Shown here: positions 51,885 through 64,000 of the stretch, piece after piece | Numbering within the stretch: position 1 is the stretch's first letter | How the letters are laid out: every line of letters begins with the position of its first letter | Assembly: GCF_036321535.1 (NCBI RefSeq) | Contig: NC_087436.1 | Location: forward strand, 68,450,001-68,514,000 | Direction of reading: 5' to 3' | From: Camelus dromedarius | Taxonomy: Eukaryota | DNA: 64,000 bases | The notes under the pieces: model-generated | Told to the model about the DNA's origin: nothing | The model's database searches: none | Seen by the model: the letters and a program-made list of their open reading frames with translations, nothing else | Made by a program: the position numbers and the translations under genes

Positions 51885-52372
51885 CGTTGTCAGTAATGGC
51901 CTCCCAAAGATGTATTCACCCTAATCACAAAATATGTGAAAATACTATCTTAGATGGGAAGAGACTTCAGAGATATGATTAAGGCTATAACCCTTAAAAC
52001 AGGGAGATTATCCTGGATTATCCAGGATGGCCCAATACAATTACATGTGTCCCTAAAAGCTGTGGTCAGAGGGAGAGAGATAGGATGACGGAAAAAGAGG
52101 CAGGAGAAATTTGAAAGATGAGAGAAGGCTGGCACTGCTGGTTTTGAGGGGAACCAGGATTTAAGGAACATAGGTGACTTCAAGAAGCTGGAAAAAGCAG
52201 GGAAACAGATTCTCTCCTAAAAGGAACAAAAACCTTGTCAACACCTTGATTTTAACCCAGTAAGATCCATTTAAGACTCCTGACTCACGGAAATATAAGA
52301 TAATAAATGTGTGTTGTTTTAAGTCACTGAGTATGTAGTAAGTTGTTAAGACAGCAAAAGAAAATTAATACA
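51885..52372 (+). mobile_element. MaLR LTR (MLT1B/C-type)
   Basis: taatggcctcccaaagatgt...agggagattatcctggattatcc...gttaagacagcaaaagaaaattaataca. Confidence 0.8.
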
Positions 52373-54225
52373 ATTGGTATGTTAACTAATTAGAATGCTA
52401 TATTCACTAACCAATCTAGATGAAGAAAATTTTAATATACACAAAAATTAGTGTGCAAAATATAGCAGGTACTTAATAAATGTTTAACATTTATAATTTA
52501 AGACACTTTATAACTTTAATACGTAATATATATAACTTCATAACTTAAGATACTTCCTTGATATAATGTTTTTCCTAAGAAATTACGGATAAACCAAAAT
52601 TTTGTACCTTCAAACTTTGTGAATTCATATTCTACTTAAGGAACTAGTAAGAAAATAGCGTTCTTGTAATGTTAACTATCATTCTCCATTCAGTTAGATT
52701 ATTTATGCTGTATCTTCTTAAAATAACCAACAGCTAATTAGAAACAGAATGAAGCAAAAAGAAAAAGAAAGCAAAAGAAAAAAGAACAATTCTAATAAAA
52801 AAAAATGTGGGACATATCTGACATTTACAAAAGAAGACTACAAAATAGATCATTTTTCCTTCTATTCTAAGTAGAATTTATCAAACACACAAAGACACAT
52901 ACAAAGTCTGAAAATGTGGAGTGCGAAAACTATTATTATTTCAGGTGATATAAAGTCTATGTTACTATATAAAATGAAAGCTAAAATAATTGAGTAAATG
53001 ATAACCTATATTAAAGAGGAATTTAATTTTATAAAAGCTAGCTTAGGTATTGTGCTTTAATATACTCTCTCTCCCCTCTATATTAGCAATAGAGTATAGT
53101 CATTTAGAACCTTCAGGCAAATATATAATTCTGGCCAAGAAAGTTTTCCCATTAGCTAACATTTTTCCATTTGAGAATCAACAATATTTTCACTTATTTC
53201 AAAACTTCTTGATAGAACTGAAAAAATATGAGCTCTACGTTGGGACAGATCCTCGACCAATATTTAATTTCTTTTGAGTGTTATCTCCTACCTTATAGTA
53301 TTGTTAAGAAGGATTAAATTATATTACACACATATAAGGTAATAATAAAGTAAACAAAATGAGTGTTTTATATTCCATTAACTATTCTGGAGAAGATTCT
53401 TTTTGTAAAAACTCTCTTTTCTCTCTGTTACTTAGAAAGTGATACAAACAGCACAAATTGATCTTTTCTTCATGATAGTGTCATCATTACAAACCTCAAT
53501 CACTTATACAGTGATGACATAAGGAGGGAGGCCATACTTCACGTACATCTGGGACAATCCTAGTTTATGCTTACTGTCCTGACATCCTCCCCTATTCTCA
53601 TGTGTCCCAGTTGGGATGATAAATGACATAATAACCCAAGATAAAAAGATTTATTAAGATATTAATTATATGATTATTCTCCATGCTTCTGTTATCATCC
53701 TGTGGATGTATATTTATATGCTGGTCCTGTTACAGACCCCACCAGATTGATCTTTTTCAATGATGAAAATGTGCATTAGTAATCTTTGTAATTTCACAGG
53801 CTACTACAGTGCCTGACATTTAATGACTATTAGATAAATGAGTAATAATGGAATAGAAGAGTATGAATTTTCATCTGCAAGAACTAGCCCCACCAACTGA
53901 GACTTTTTCCCAATTTATATTTTAATAACCCTCAAGAATATATGATGTGTTCTGGTAACTACCTGGTTTACTAAGCTTTTGCCTTTCACTTCTCCCCTTA
54001 TATATGCTGCTATCTTAAAAGCTACGCAAAAAAATCAAGTGACCTGGAATTGTAAATTGGAATTACAATGTAAAATAAAGAGATTCTAGAGAAGAGTCTG
54101 TAGGCATTTGAGGCTCTTTATAGAATTAAGTTTACTCTGCCTACTTCCCAAAGCAAAATAGGAATATTACAAAAACACAAAGTGGTGGAATAATATTCAT
54201 AGCTTTATCTAATATAAACACTTAC

Positions 54226-54836
54226 CCACAGGTAGCAACTGTTTTGGGGAAATTTGAACATTTCTCTCTCCACACTCTTCTGTATTTCGGTCTGAATTTC
54301 TTTGTAACTTGTCTTGAGCAACACGTGATTTATTTATATTTTTATCTTTAGACTGTTCCATAACAACTTGTTCTTCAACTACACTGGCCTTAAATTTTCT
54401 TCCCTGTTTTTGTTTTACAGTCCTTTTGTTTCCAGATGATTTTTTTGCATTCTCAGGATACATTTCATATTTTGTAGATTTGCAATTATTTTCCATTTCA
54501 TCCATCAAAGCACAACTCTTACCCAGTATTTTTTGTTCAGAGGGCTGAGATTTCTCTACTGAGTGAGCTTTGCCAGAATGTTTGTTACTTGTGAAAGTTG
54601 CAGATGATACATTGTCATGTTTTTCTCTTGACTTCTTCCTTTGAAGGGGTGCAGTGCTCTCAGCAGGGGATACTGTGTGTTGTTTCAGAGGCCCAGCCTT
54701 TCTTGGTATAGTAATCCAAGACTCATTGGCAAAACTTTTATCTGATTCATCAATTATAAATTCATCTTCTAATAACTTCGTATTATTTGTAGGAGATAAG
54801 TGAGGTGGAGCAGTTGCTATATGCCTAACAACAGAA
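54226..54836 (-). CDS. CENPC: CENP-C large exon (~8), CCAN-binding/PEST region and start of central domain
   Basis: gttttag|T TCT..., SVVRHIATAPP...LLEDEFIIDESDKSFANESWITIPRK...KQLLPV, G|gtaagt; 611 nt, open. Confidence 0.95.
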
Positions 54837-56074
54837 CTAAAACAAAATGTTATAATAAATAATAGCTCAAAAAAAGTAAAGCTTTTACCTTTGCTTTAAA
54901 GAGCAGTTCATATTTCCTCATTTTTCGTTATCTTTTAAAATCACTCCATCCTTTTACATTTCTATAATATCTGAGCACACTCATTTATAACACTAATGTG
55001 ATCACAGGAATTTAGAGCTAGAAGGAAGCCTAGGTATCAACTAATTTGATGTTCCTCCACTCATTACATATATTAAACAGATGAAACCCAGAGATAGCCC
55101 AGATACACTGACTGACAGTACAAAAATGTATGCCATTTGTGTTTGTATAGATATTTCTTGAGGCTTGAATTTCTTCACATCCAAAATAAGATTATTTCTG
55201 AGACATCATAAAGTCTAATATTCCAAGAAAACACTGCTAAATTATAGATTATTTTATGTAAAAATTCATTTTAAGTTTGATAAATCACAGAAATTTTCAT
55301 ATGTGTTTTAATACTGTAATCAGAGTATAGCAATAAACGGAGTGTATCTAGAAAGGTAAACACTGGGATTACATAGCACCTCTTCCAATTAGTTGGAAAA
55401 GCTTTCTAGAGAAGGAAGGAATTATTCAAAAGTTGGTAATCTGATGAACTCATTTTGTATTTCCTTCCTTTTTATGACAACAGCCTTGAGCAAACCACAT
55501 ACTGGAGTGGAATATGCAAAAATAAACACATCCCAATTACAAGCTAGAATATGTACTCCTGTTTCTGCCTTTTTCACTTGAGTAAGGATGTATAACTATT
55601 TTTAGACACAACGGAAAAAATGCTAGAAAGGAAGAATTAGATTACCATGTCTAGTTTTTTTTTCTCTTTTTTAAGATACAAAAAAAAGATTAAATAAAAA
55701 TATGTTCTCTACTTCTCTAATCTCAAACCCCTGGTAAATTTTATAATGTAAGTATGTATGCATATACATATATGCTAAGAAATATAGTCTTCTAATAGGT
55801 AGAGTCTTACAAGTTTATATACTTAGAAAACTAGAAAATCTAAAAGAAAGCAATATAAAGAAATGTTATAAATATACTTGTTTTATTGTATATTATTTGT
55901 AATATCTATAAATTCCATATATTAAAGAAGTAATATTAAGTATTTAAAAATAAAGCCTTCCCAAACCAGCCAACAAGAACTGTCCAAATCCACTCCTCTA
56001 TTCTACTTCAAGAGACTTCTATAATTTCAAAGTTATTCAAACCATAGATATTCTTAGGAAACAATCTTGACACT

Positions 56075-56437
56075 ACAGATCAAATGTTTACATACCTCCA
56101 AAATTCATAAACTGAAACCTAATCCCCAAAGTGATGGTATTTGAGGGTGGGGCCTTTAGGAAGTGATTAGGTCATGAGGGTGGAATATTCATTAATGGAA
56201 TTACTACCTTTCTAAAAGAGACCCCAGAGAGCCCCCTGGCTGCCTTCTGCCATCTGAGGTTACAGCAAGAAGACAGCCATCTCTGAACCAGGAAGCAGGC
56301 CTCACCAGACACTGAATCTACTTGAGCCTTGATCTTGGACTTCCCAGCCTCCAGCACTGTGAGAAATAAGTTTCTATTGTTAGTAAGACACCCAGACTAT
56401 GTTGGTCTGTTATAGCAGCCCAAATGGACCAAGACAA
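56075..56437 (+). mobile_element. MaLR LTR (MLT1A-type)
   Basis: aaattcataaactgaaacctaatccccaaagtgatggtatttgagg...gttatagcagcccaaatggaccaagaca. Confidence 0.82.
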
Positions 56438-56787
56438 CACTATTAAAATTCAGAATACAGAAAGATGACTTCTGGCTAGATGGAAAAATCAAGAAAGACT
56501 GTGGTATTTGAGTTGGATGTTAAAGGATGGCTATGATTTGGTCATGAGGAAATGCAAGAAAGGCAGTAAAAGAGCGTAAGTAAAAGCAAAGAAGCAAAAA
56601 AGTACCAGGAATAGTGAGTAGTTACATCTGGTTATAGAAATTAAACACTTATGCACTAGCTCATTTGAAAAAAAAAAAATTTTTTTAAATACTTACTTTT
56701 TTGGACATAGATATAATTAGCCCATAAGTGTAATCTATTTGTATCAGATGGTGGGGACAACATCCATAAAAGGAGTAAAAGATGTTT

Positions 56788-56864
56788 ATGTATATACACA
56801 CACACACACACACATATATGTGTGTGTATATATATATACACAGAATTTATACACACACACATAC
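56788..56864. repeat. Compound (CA)/(TA)/(TG) microsatellite
   Basis: tatatacacacacacacacacacatatatgtgtgtgtatatatatatacaca. Confidence 0.9.
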
Positions 56865-57829
56865 AGGGACAGGGAGGATAGGAGGGAGGGAAATGGGGGT
56901 TGGGAGGAGGAGTCAACTATGGGAAAAGAGATTGAACAAAAGAGGAATTTTCATTCATCATGTTTTTATAAAACCTTTCTAATATATTCACTAGCATTCT
57001 TTCAGATATCACAAAAAAGAAACCAAACTCCTGGAAAGAAGGGCTTGTATCTTAACCTACTAAGAAAGACATACATAAAAGAGGTAAACTATAATACAGG
57101 CAAGAAATTATTTTAAGAAACACTGGAGTGGGACTTGGAAAAATTCAGAAGCCTACCATGGCCCTTGGAAGAAAATGCAGATTGGCATACAAGGGAAAAA
57201 GGTGTGCCAAAGCCGGGACAACTCCAAGTACGTAACCAAGTTGGTAGAAACAGTTCAGTAGTGACAGTGAAGGCCTTAAATACCAGCTGACAAGTCTGAT
57301 GTTTATACTATAGACCAGCGGTTCTCAACCTTAGCTGCCATGAATTCTAGTTAACTCTAATGTGCAGCCACAGTTAATAATCACCATATGGACACTGTGG
57401 AACCACTGAAGGTTTTTAAGTAGGGAACAGATTAAAACTTACTTTAGGACTATCCTTTTACTGACACAATCAAAAGAAATAGAAAAAAATAGTTAAAACC
57501 CTTATAGTGAAATACAGGCACCCTGACATAATTCTGTTTCCAAATACTGCCTTTATTCTTTGATACCATACATATTAGAAATTGCTGATGAGCAGAAGCA
57601 ATGAAAGCTGAATAAACTTATTATCTTTCACATCTGATTTAGTATCCATTAGATGATGGCTTTAGGATTAATTTACTGGTATGAAACTACACTCTCCTTA
57701 TGGGTTAGGCACAATTTCAGTTAAAAACTGTGTCAATTATGATTAACTTCTAGTTAAACAGCATTAAAAACATTAGATATTGTTCATGCAATGTGAAAGA
57801 AAAATGTGCACAGTATCTTAATAACTCAC

Positions 57830-58045
57830 CTGGATTCACTTTTTTTTTTTACAGTTTCTAAAAACATTGTTGAAAAACTCTTTCTAGCTTGTGGTTGATT
57901 TTCATATTTTGAATCTTGTATTCTTTTTTGAGATGTTCCTGACTGTTTACTCTCTTGTGATCCTTCTGGTATTTTATCCTCTATCTCTGATACTGTATTT
58001 GCTATGTCTACTTTCTTCAAAACATCCTTATCTTCAAAGTTTAAC
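57830..58045 (-). CDS. CENPC: CENP-C exon (~7)
   Basis: cttttag|G TTA..., LNFEDKDVLKKVDIANTVSE...ARKSFSTMFLETVKKKSES, AG|gtgagt. Confidence 0.95.
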
Positions 58046-58334
58046 CTAAAAGGTTAAAAAGAAGACATGCTGAATGTTCCCACCACTTGCTGAGTTAAGA
58101 GTTTTCCTGAATTCCCTTACAGTGACTACAACCATTTAAAGAATTTTCCAACAGGCCGTTATTTAAAATTTGTAAATGCTGATGTGTTTCTCTTATACAA
58201 AATACACACTGCAAATTGCTCAGAAAAAATAAATTTTGTATTTGTCAATAGAAAAAAATAAGAGAAAAAGAATGGTTAAATCATGTAACAAAGATATATA
58301 TATATATATAAAACTTAGAGCACTAGTTCTCAAA

Positions 58335-58397
58335 CATTTAATATGAATTTGAATCATTTAATATGAATTTGAATCATTTAATATGAATTTGAATCAT
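58335..58397. repeat. Perfect 20-bp tandem triplication within a MER5A-type element
   Basis: catttaatatgaatttgaat at 58335, 58355 and 58375. Confidence 0.92.
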
Positions 58398-58473
58398 ATG
58401 GAGAATCTTATTAAAATGTAGATTCTGATTCAGTAGGTCTAGCATAGGATTTGAGATTCCACATTTCAAACAG

Positions 58474-58570
58474 GCATAGCTCAATGGTAAAGCTGCACAA
58501 GGTCCTGGGTTCAATTCCCAATACTTTCACTAAATAAATAGATTAAAATAAAAAAGAAGAAAAAAGAATT
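58474..58570 (+). mobile_element. vic-1-like SINE, internally deleted
   Basis: atagctcaatggtaaagctgcacaaggtcctgggttcaattccc lacks the anticodon-arm segment; A-rich tail. Confidence 0.7.
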
Positions 58571-58652
58571 AAAGATGTCTAACTGGCATCTAGATAATGC
58601 CATTGCTCTTGATTCTAAGCCACGGATCACACCTTGAGTAGCAAAATCTTAA

Positions 58653-58795
58653 GAGGGGAGGGTACAGCTCAGTGGTAGAGTGCATATTTAGCATGCACAA
58701 GGTCCTGGGTTCAATACCCAGTACCTCCACTAAAAAGAAAAAAAAAAAAAATACACACACACACACACACACATATATATAAACCTAAATTACTC
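58653..58795 (+). mobile_element. vic-1-like SINE with A/(CA)n tail, ~65 bp from an exon donor
   Basis: gaggggagggtacagctcagtggtagagtgcatatttagcatgcacaaggtcctgggttcaatacccagtacctcc. Confidence 0.88.
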
Positions 58796-58862
58796 ACTTT
58801 TTAATATAAAAGGTAAAATTTTTACAGTAAGATTGATACTTTTTAAATAAATAAAAATTCAC

Positions 58863-59148
58863 CTTTTTTTGGTTTTATGAGAAATCTCTGTGCTTGAAGG
58901 CAGCATATTTACTGAATTTTCAGAAGTGTAGGTCTCTCTCTTTTGGGCAGCAGACGGAACAGCCTCTTGCAATAAAGGTGCTTTTGCATCCAAAAGACCA
59001 GAAGGTGAACCAATAGATAAGTAAAATTCCTCATCAGCTTCATTGTGATGATCTTTTAGTTTTTTATTTGACATTTTTCTTGAGTCAGATGTAGTTTTAG
59101 GATGAACATCAGTTGCCAAAATTTTCTGATGAACCTCATGGGCCTGAA
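58863..59148 (-). CDS. CENPC: CENP-C exon (~6), first exon visible in the window
   Basis: ttctag|TT CAG..., (V)QAHEVHQKILATDV...EADEEFYLSIGSPSGLLDAK...ISHKTKK, AG|gtgaat. Confidence 0.95.
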
Positions 59149-60639
59149 CTAGAAGAAAATTATGAAGATATTAAAAACTCTGTAAATAATAATACTAGAA
59201 CCGAATGTGCTTTTTAAAATTCAGCAACAATTAGAAAGTTTCCCAAAGACCACAGGTCATTAAATTTATAATCAAAGATCTATGATTAAAATCCATAAGT
59301 ACTTTAGAAGTTATAATTAATGGAATTAATTAACTGGAAGGTGTATTTGGTGCATGTTCCATAGTTTTGAAATGACTAAAATCCTCAAACATAGAAAATT
59401 CACAATTTCATTAACATAGTAAATTTATTCAAGATTTTAATATAGTCAAACTCATGGAAGGAAAGACTAGAATAGTGGCTGCCAAAGGCTGGAAGGAGGG
59501 AGAAATAAGGAGTTGCTAATTAACAGCTATAAAGTTTCAGTTATACAAGATTAAGTTTTTGTGATCTACTGTACAATGTTGTGCCTATAGATGATGAAAC
59601 TCTATTGTACACTTAAAAATTTGTTGAGAGGGTAAATCTCATGTGAAATGTTCTTACCACAATAAAGTAAAAAAAAAAATTTTTAAGATTTGAATCAATC
59701 TATATACGCTAAAATAATGAAGTAATCCTAGAGAAATTATGAGATTCAATCTTTAGGTTAAGAGTCAGGTAACTAGGGCAGCTAGATGAGCACAATTTTA
59801 TACTTACACATACACAGAACAGATGCATATATAGATATATCTTTATATATACATATAAAGAGAATATATAGATAGATATATCCTTATAGCTATATAAAGA
59901 GAATATATATATTTTTTAACCCTCAACCTTCAAATATGAAAGAAAAAGTAGAATGGCTGAGTAGTAACTCATTCTCATACTGATTCATACTCTTAAAAAG
60001 CAAAGATCAAAAATTTAAAATACAGCCAAAAAAGGGCTTTTGGTTCTGGAACAAAATGATATAGACTCACTTCTTCCTGCTTTTCCCTTTAAATACAACT
60101 AAAACAAACAACAGCAATAGAATTCTGAAAGCTGGAAGGAAGAAGGTACATTTGCTAACCTGAAGCCTTAAGCAACAACAGACAATATTGGTGAATTCCC
60201 TGTAGCATCAGAAAATGAAACAAACCAAAATACCACTGTTAGGACAAAAGTAGGCAAGAACCTACACATTAAACCAAAACAGGACTACTATGTGCTATAA
60301 CAAAAGACTGAAATACAATAGTCCCTTAACATTATAAGCTAAATGTTGAAGCTGTAATCAAAATGACTCACATACCAAAAACCGAAAAAAAAACAGAACC
60401 TGAACAAGAATACATGATCAATGGAAGCCAAAACAGACAAGATGAATCAGTTGCTGGAATTATTTAACAAAAATTTATTTAAAGTAACCACCATAAAAAT
60501 ATCTTAACATTCAATTATCTTGAAACAAATAAAAACACAGACACTCTCAAAGAAATAGGAGCTACAAAAGAGAGCCAGTTTTTTGGATTTTAGCCATTCT
60601 TAAAGTTGTGTAGTGGTATCTAACTGCTTTAATTTTAAA

Positions 60640-63570
60640 ATTCCCTAATAACAATAAGGACGAGCAAATAAAAACCACAGGAAGATACTACTTTGCACTC
60701 ATTAGATTGGCTATTACAAAGGCTATTACAAAGGAAGGAAGGAGGGAAGGAAGGAAGGAAGGAGGGAACAAGGGAAGGAGGAAGGAAGGATGGAAGGAAA
60801 GAAGAAAGAAAATAACAAGTACTGGTGAAGATGCAGAAAAATTGGAATCCTTGTGCATTGCTAGTAGGAATGTAAAATGATGCAGCCAGTATGGACGACA
60901 TTTGGTGGTTCCTCAAAAAATTAAAACTACAATTACTATATGATCTTTTTTTGCATATATATCCAAAAGAACTAAAAGCAAAGAAGTATTTGTACACCCG
61001 TGTTCATAGCAGCATTATTCACAAAAGACAAGAGGTGGAAACTACCTAAATGTCCATCAATGGATAAATGGATAAAACAAAATATGATATAGAGTGAAAT
61101 ATTATTCAGCTTTAAAAAAAGAAGGAAACTGACACAATGTAGTAAACTAACTATACCTCAATTAAAAAATTTTTGACCTAAAAATTTTAAAAGATGATAA
61201 AATAAACCATACGACATTAAAAAACAAAAGCAAAACACAAAAAAGGAAGGAAATACTGACACATGCTACAACATGGCTGAAACTTGAGGACATTATGCTA
61301 AGTGAAATAAGCCAGTTGCAAAAAGACAAAATTTACACAGTTCTACTGGCATGAGGTATTTAGAGCAGTCAAATTCAGAGACAGAAAGTAGAATGACAGT
61401 TACGAGAAGCTGGGAGAGTGGGGGTGGAAGTTTAAAGAGGTCAACTTTGCAAGATGAAAAAGTTCTGTGGATGCTTAGTGGTGACAGAAAATAATGTGAA
61501 TGTCCTTAGTGCCAAAGAACTGTACACTTAAAAATGTTTAAAGTGATAAGTTTTATGTTATACTATTTTACTATAATTTTTAAAAATTAAATTCATGTTT
61601 AACTTAATACAGATACAGTTACACGGAAAAATATTTATAAATATGTATATACATACCAGTTAGGATAAACACAAATATTTCTTGCTCTCTCAGTTAAGAC
61701 TGTCCTAAAGCAGTAACACCCCACGAGTGACAACACACCTAGCAACAAGATCTTGGTTCCTAATACCATTCTTCAGTAAGAAGAACCATTGGGTCCTTGG
61801 AGAAATGGCTGATTCAATGATAGGGGCAGGAAATATGTAAGATGAGCCTGGACCATCCTGTAGTTCCAGATGGGAAGGAAGTATTCAAGAACAATAGCAA
61901 TAAAACAACAAAAATGGGTTCTGTCAAAGGGGCATAGGAGCCAAAGAGCTTCTAATAGCCAAAGCTGGAACAATCTGAATAACAAAATTAATAAAATACT
62001 ACTGGATTATAAACCAAAGTATAAAAATAAAAAATTCTACCTCAAAAATTTTAAAAAAAGAACAAAATAAAACTAAACCAATGACAAGAATAGAAAAAAT
62101 AAGAGCAGAAATCAATGAAAACAGGAACACAATACAGAAAACTACTGAAACAAGAAGCTAGCTCTTTTTAAAAAGTGAATAAAAATGATAAACCTCTAAC
62201 AAAATTAGCAAAGATAAAAAGACAAGACACAAACCACCAATATCCGGAATAAAATGGTATATCACGACAGATCCTGCAGCCATTAAAAAAATAACAGGGT
62301 AATACTGCTGCAACTTTAAGTTCATAAACTCAACAACTTAGAAGAAATGGATCAATTCTTCAAAAACCATAGACTATCAAAATTGTGCCAAGATTAAATA
62401 AATAACCTAAACAGTCCTATATAACTATTAAAGAATTGAATTTGTAACTTAAAAGTTCTTGAAAAAGAAATCCCACAGACCAGATGATATCACTGAGAAA
62501 CATTATACCAAAAATTTAAAGAATTAAAACCAATTTTATATAATCCCTTTCAGAAATTAGAAGGGGGAATAAAATCTAACTCATTTTATAAGGTTGATGA
62601 GCATTACCTTAATACTAAAACCACACAAATAGAGCATAAGAAAGAAAACTACAAATCACTCTCTCTCATTAACTTAGATGAAAAAAATTCTCAACAAAAG
62701 TTTAGCAAATTACATCTAACAATGTAAAAATTAGTAATACACCATAATTGATATTTATGGTCAACTACACTCAACAACAAAATACATATTTTTAAGTGCC
62801 CATGAAATATTCATAAAGATAAAATAAACCTTCACAAATTTAAAAGAATTGAAATCACATAGCATATGCTATGCCATAAAGAAATCAAGAAATCACTAAG
62901 GGAAAAACCTTAAACACTTTGATTAACACACTCCTAAATAATCAATGGGTTATAGAGAAAGTCTCAAAGGATTTTTAAAAAATACACAGAAATAAAAATG
63001 AACAGAACACACAACATATCAAAGTCTGTGGGATGCAGCTACAGCAGTAGGTAGGGAAATTTATGTCACTAAATGAATATATTTCTCAAGCACAATGATT
63101 CTAAGGTTCTTCCATGTTGCAGCATACATCAGAATTTCATTCTTTCATGGCTGAATAATATTCCACTCCACACATGTACCACATTGCTTGTCCATTCACT
63201 GGTAAATGGTACACTTTGGTTGTTTCCACCTTTCAAGTATTGTGAATAATACTGTTACAAACACTAGGGTACAAGTGTCTGTTTGAGTCCCTATTTTCAA
63301 TTTTTTTGAATATACACCTAGAAGTAGAAATATTACTTCATATTTAGTTTCCTGAGGAACCACCAAACTGTTTCCACTGTGGCTGCACATTCAGCAATGC
63401 ACAATTTATTCACATCCTTGTCAACATTTGTTATTTTCATTTTTAAAAAAAATAACAGCCATCCTAATATGTACAAAGCATTATCTCACCGGGGTTTTGA
63501 TTTGCACTTCTCTTGCACTCTCTCTGTTGACTAATATGCTAAACAACTCTTCATGCAGTTGCTAACCACT
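60640..63570. mobile_element. Cluster of old L1 fragments (plus strand ~60640-63080, minus strand ~63085-63570)
   Basis: ORF2 C-terminal/3' UTR phrases (tgttcatagcagcattattcaca), mid-ORF2 phrases (gaagaaatggatcaattc) and a reverse-strand 3' segment. Confidence 0.8.
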
Positions 63571-63952
63571 TGTCAGTCACATAGCAAGTCAAAATGCTGA
63601 GACACCGAGTTTTGCAGCAAAGAGATTTACTAACAAGACAGCCAAGCTGGGAGACTAAAGTGTGGGAGCTTGGGGAAAGGTAATTAAAAAGAAGTTGCAA
63701 TAATCGTCATTCTGCGCAGGACTCTAATAAACGGTCAAATGGTCACCAAGTGGACCTTCAAGCCCATCCAGCTGAAGGGCCAGTGGTCCTATATAGTCTT
63801 AACCAGCTCAGCTCAAACTAAATGCAGCTGATCTCACCTTCCTAAAAAACAACTCAGGCAAACATCTTGTTATTCAGGCTACATGTCACTTGGAGGACTT
63901 AAATGACCTCAATTAGTCAATGCAAATAAAATGGATTTAACCCACTGTTTCA
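63571..63952 (-). mobile_element. ERV solo LTR inserted into L1
   Basis: TG...CA-bounded ~380-bp segment with flanks cact / catt; L1 sequence resumes after 63953. Confidence 0.55.
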
Positions 63953-64000
63953 CATTCATTGGCCAATTGGAGAAATGTCTATTCAAGTCCTTTGTCCCCT

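Larger units (their letters stand above)
16370..59148 (-). other. CENPC: CENPC gene span (partial; 14 coding exons, 5' exons outside window)
   Basis: Exon lengths 286, 216, 611, 192, 292, 144, 83, 60, 105, 129, 96, 155, 91 and 71 sum to 2531 nt in one open frame, colinear with recalled human CENP-C. Confidence 0.97.

Noticed and set aside
56656..57116. ORFs with HTHT/CVCV repeats
   Set aside because: Translations of the CA/TG microsatellite.
58335..58397. CRISPR-like array (also the repeats at 6317, 30770 and 47230)
   Set aside because: Head-to-tail repeats without unique spacers, no cas genes, mammalian context.
58653..58730. tRNA gene calls for the tRNA-Ala-like sequences (also 11230, 22242, 22626, 27941, 35281, 37750, 58474)
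   Set aside because: A-rich tails, TSDs and imperfect stems identify them as SINE heads.
59149..64000. Further upstream CENPC exons or promoter
   Set aside because: I found no sequence matching the CENP-C N-terminus and no CpG island; the region is almost all L1/LTR.

Overview
Mammalian nuclear DNA, most likely camelid (inferred from repeated vic-1-like tRNA-derived SINEs). It is AT-rich and dense in repeats. The only host gene is CENPC (centromere protein C) on the minus strand. Fourteen coding exons from 59148 down to the stop at 16370, probably exons 6-19 by human numbering, have canonical GT-AG sites and consistent phases. They join into one open 2531-nt frame (~842 aa) carrying the central CENP-A-binding motif, the CENP-C motif and the cupin domain; the 5' exons lie beyond the window end. 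The remaining sequence is intronic or intergenic: a young 5'-truncated L1, older L1s, vic-1-like SINEs with TSDs, Tigger1, MER20, MaLR/ERVL LTRs, L2 and MIR. Three co-oriented CTCF-like motifs lie downstream of the gene. I cannot support a wholly new biological system. The best leads are an in-frame cryptic donor in the large CENPC exon, the CTCF cluster, an unidentified sense-oriented retroposed fragment in an intron, substitutions in the CENP-C motif, and a templated-repair junction in Tigger1. Repeat family names and human comparisons come from recalled sequences, not database searches.
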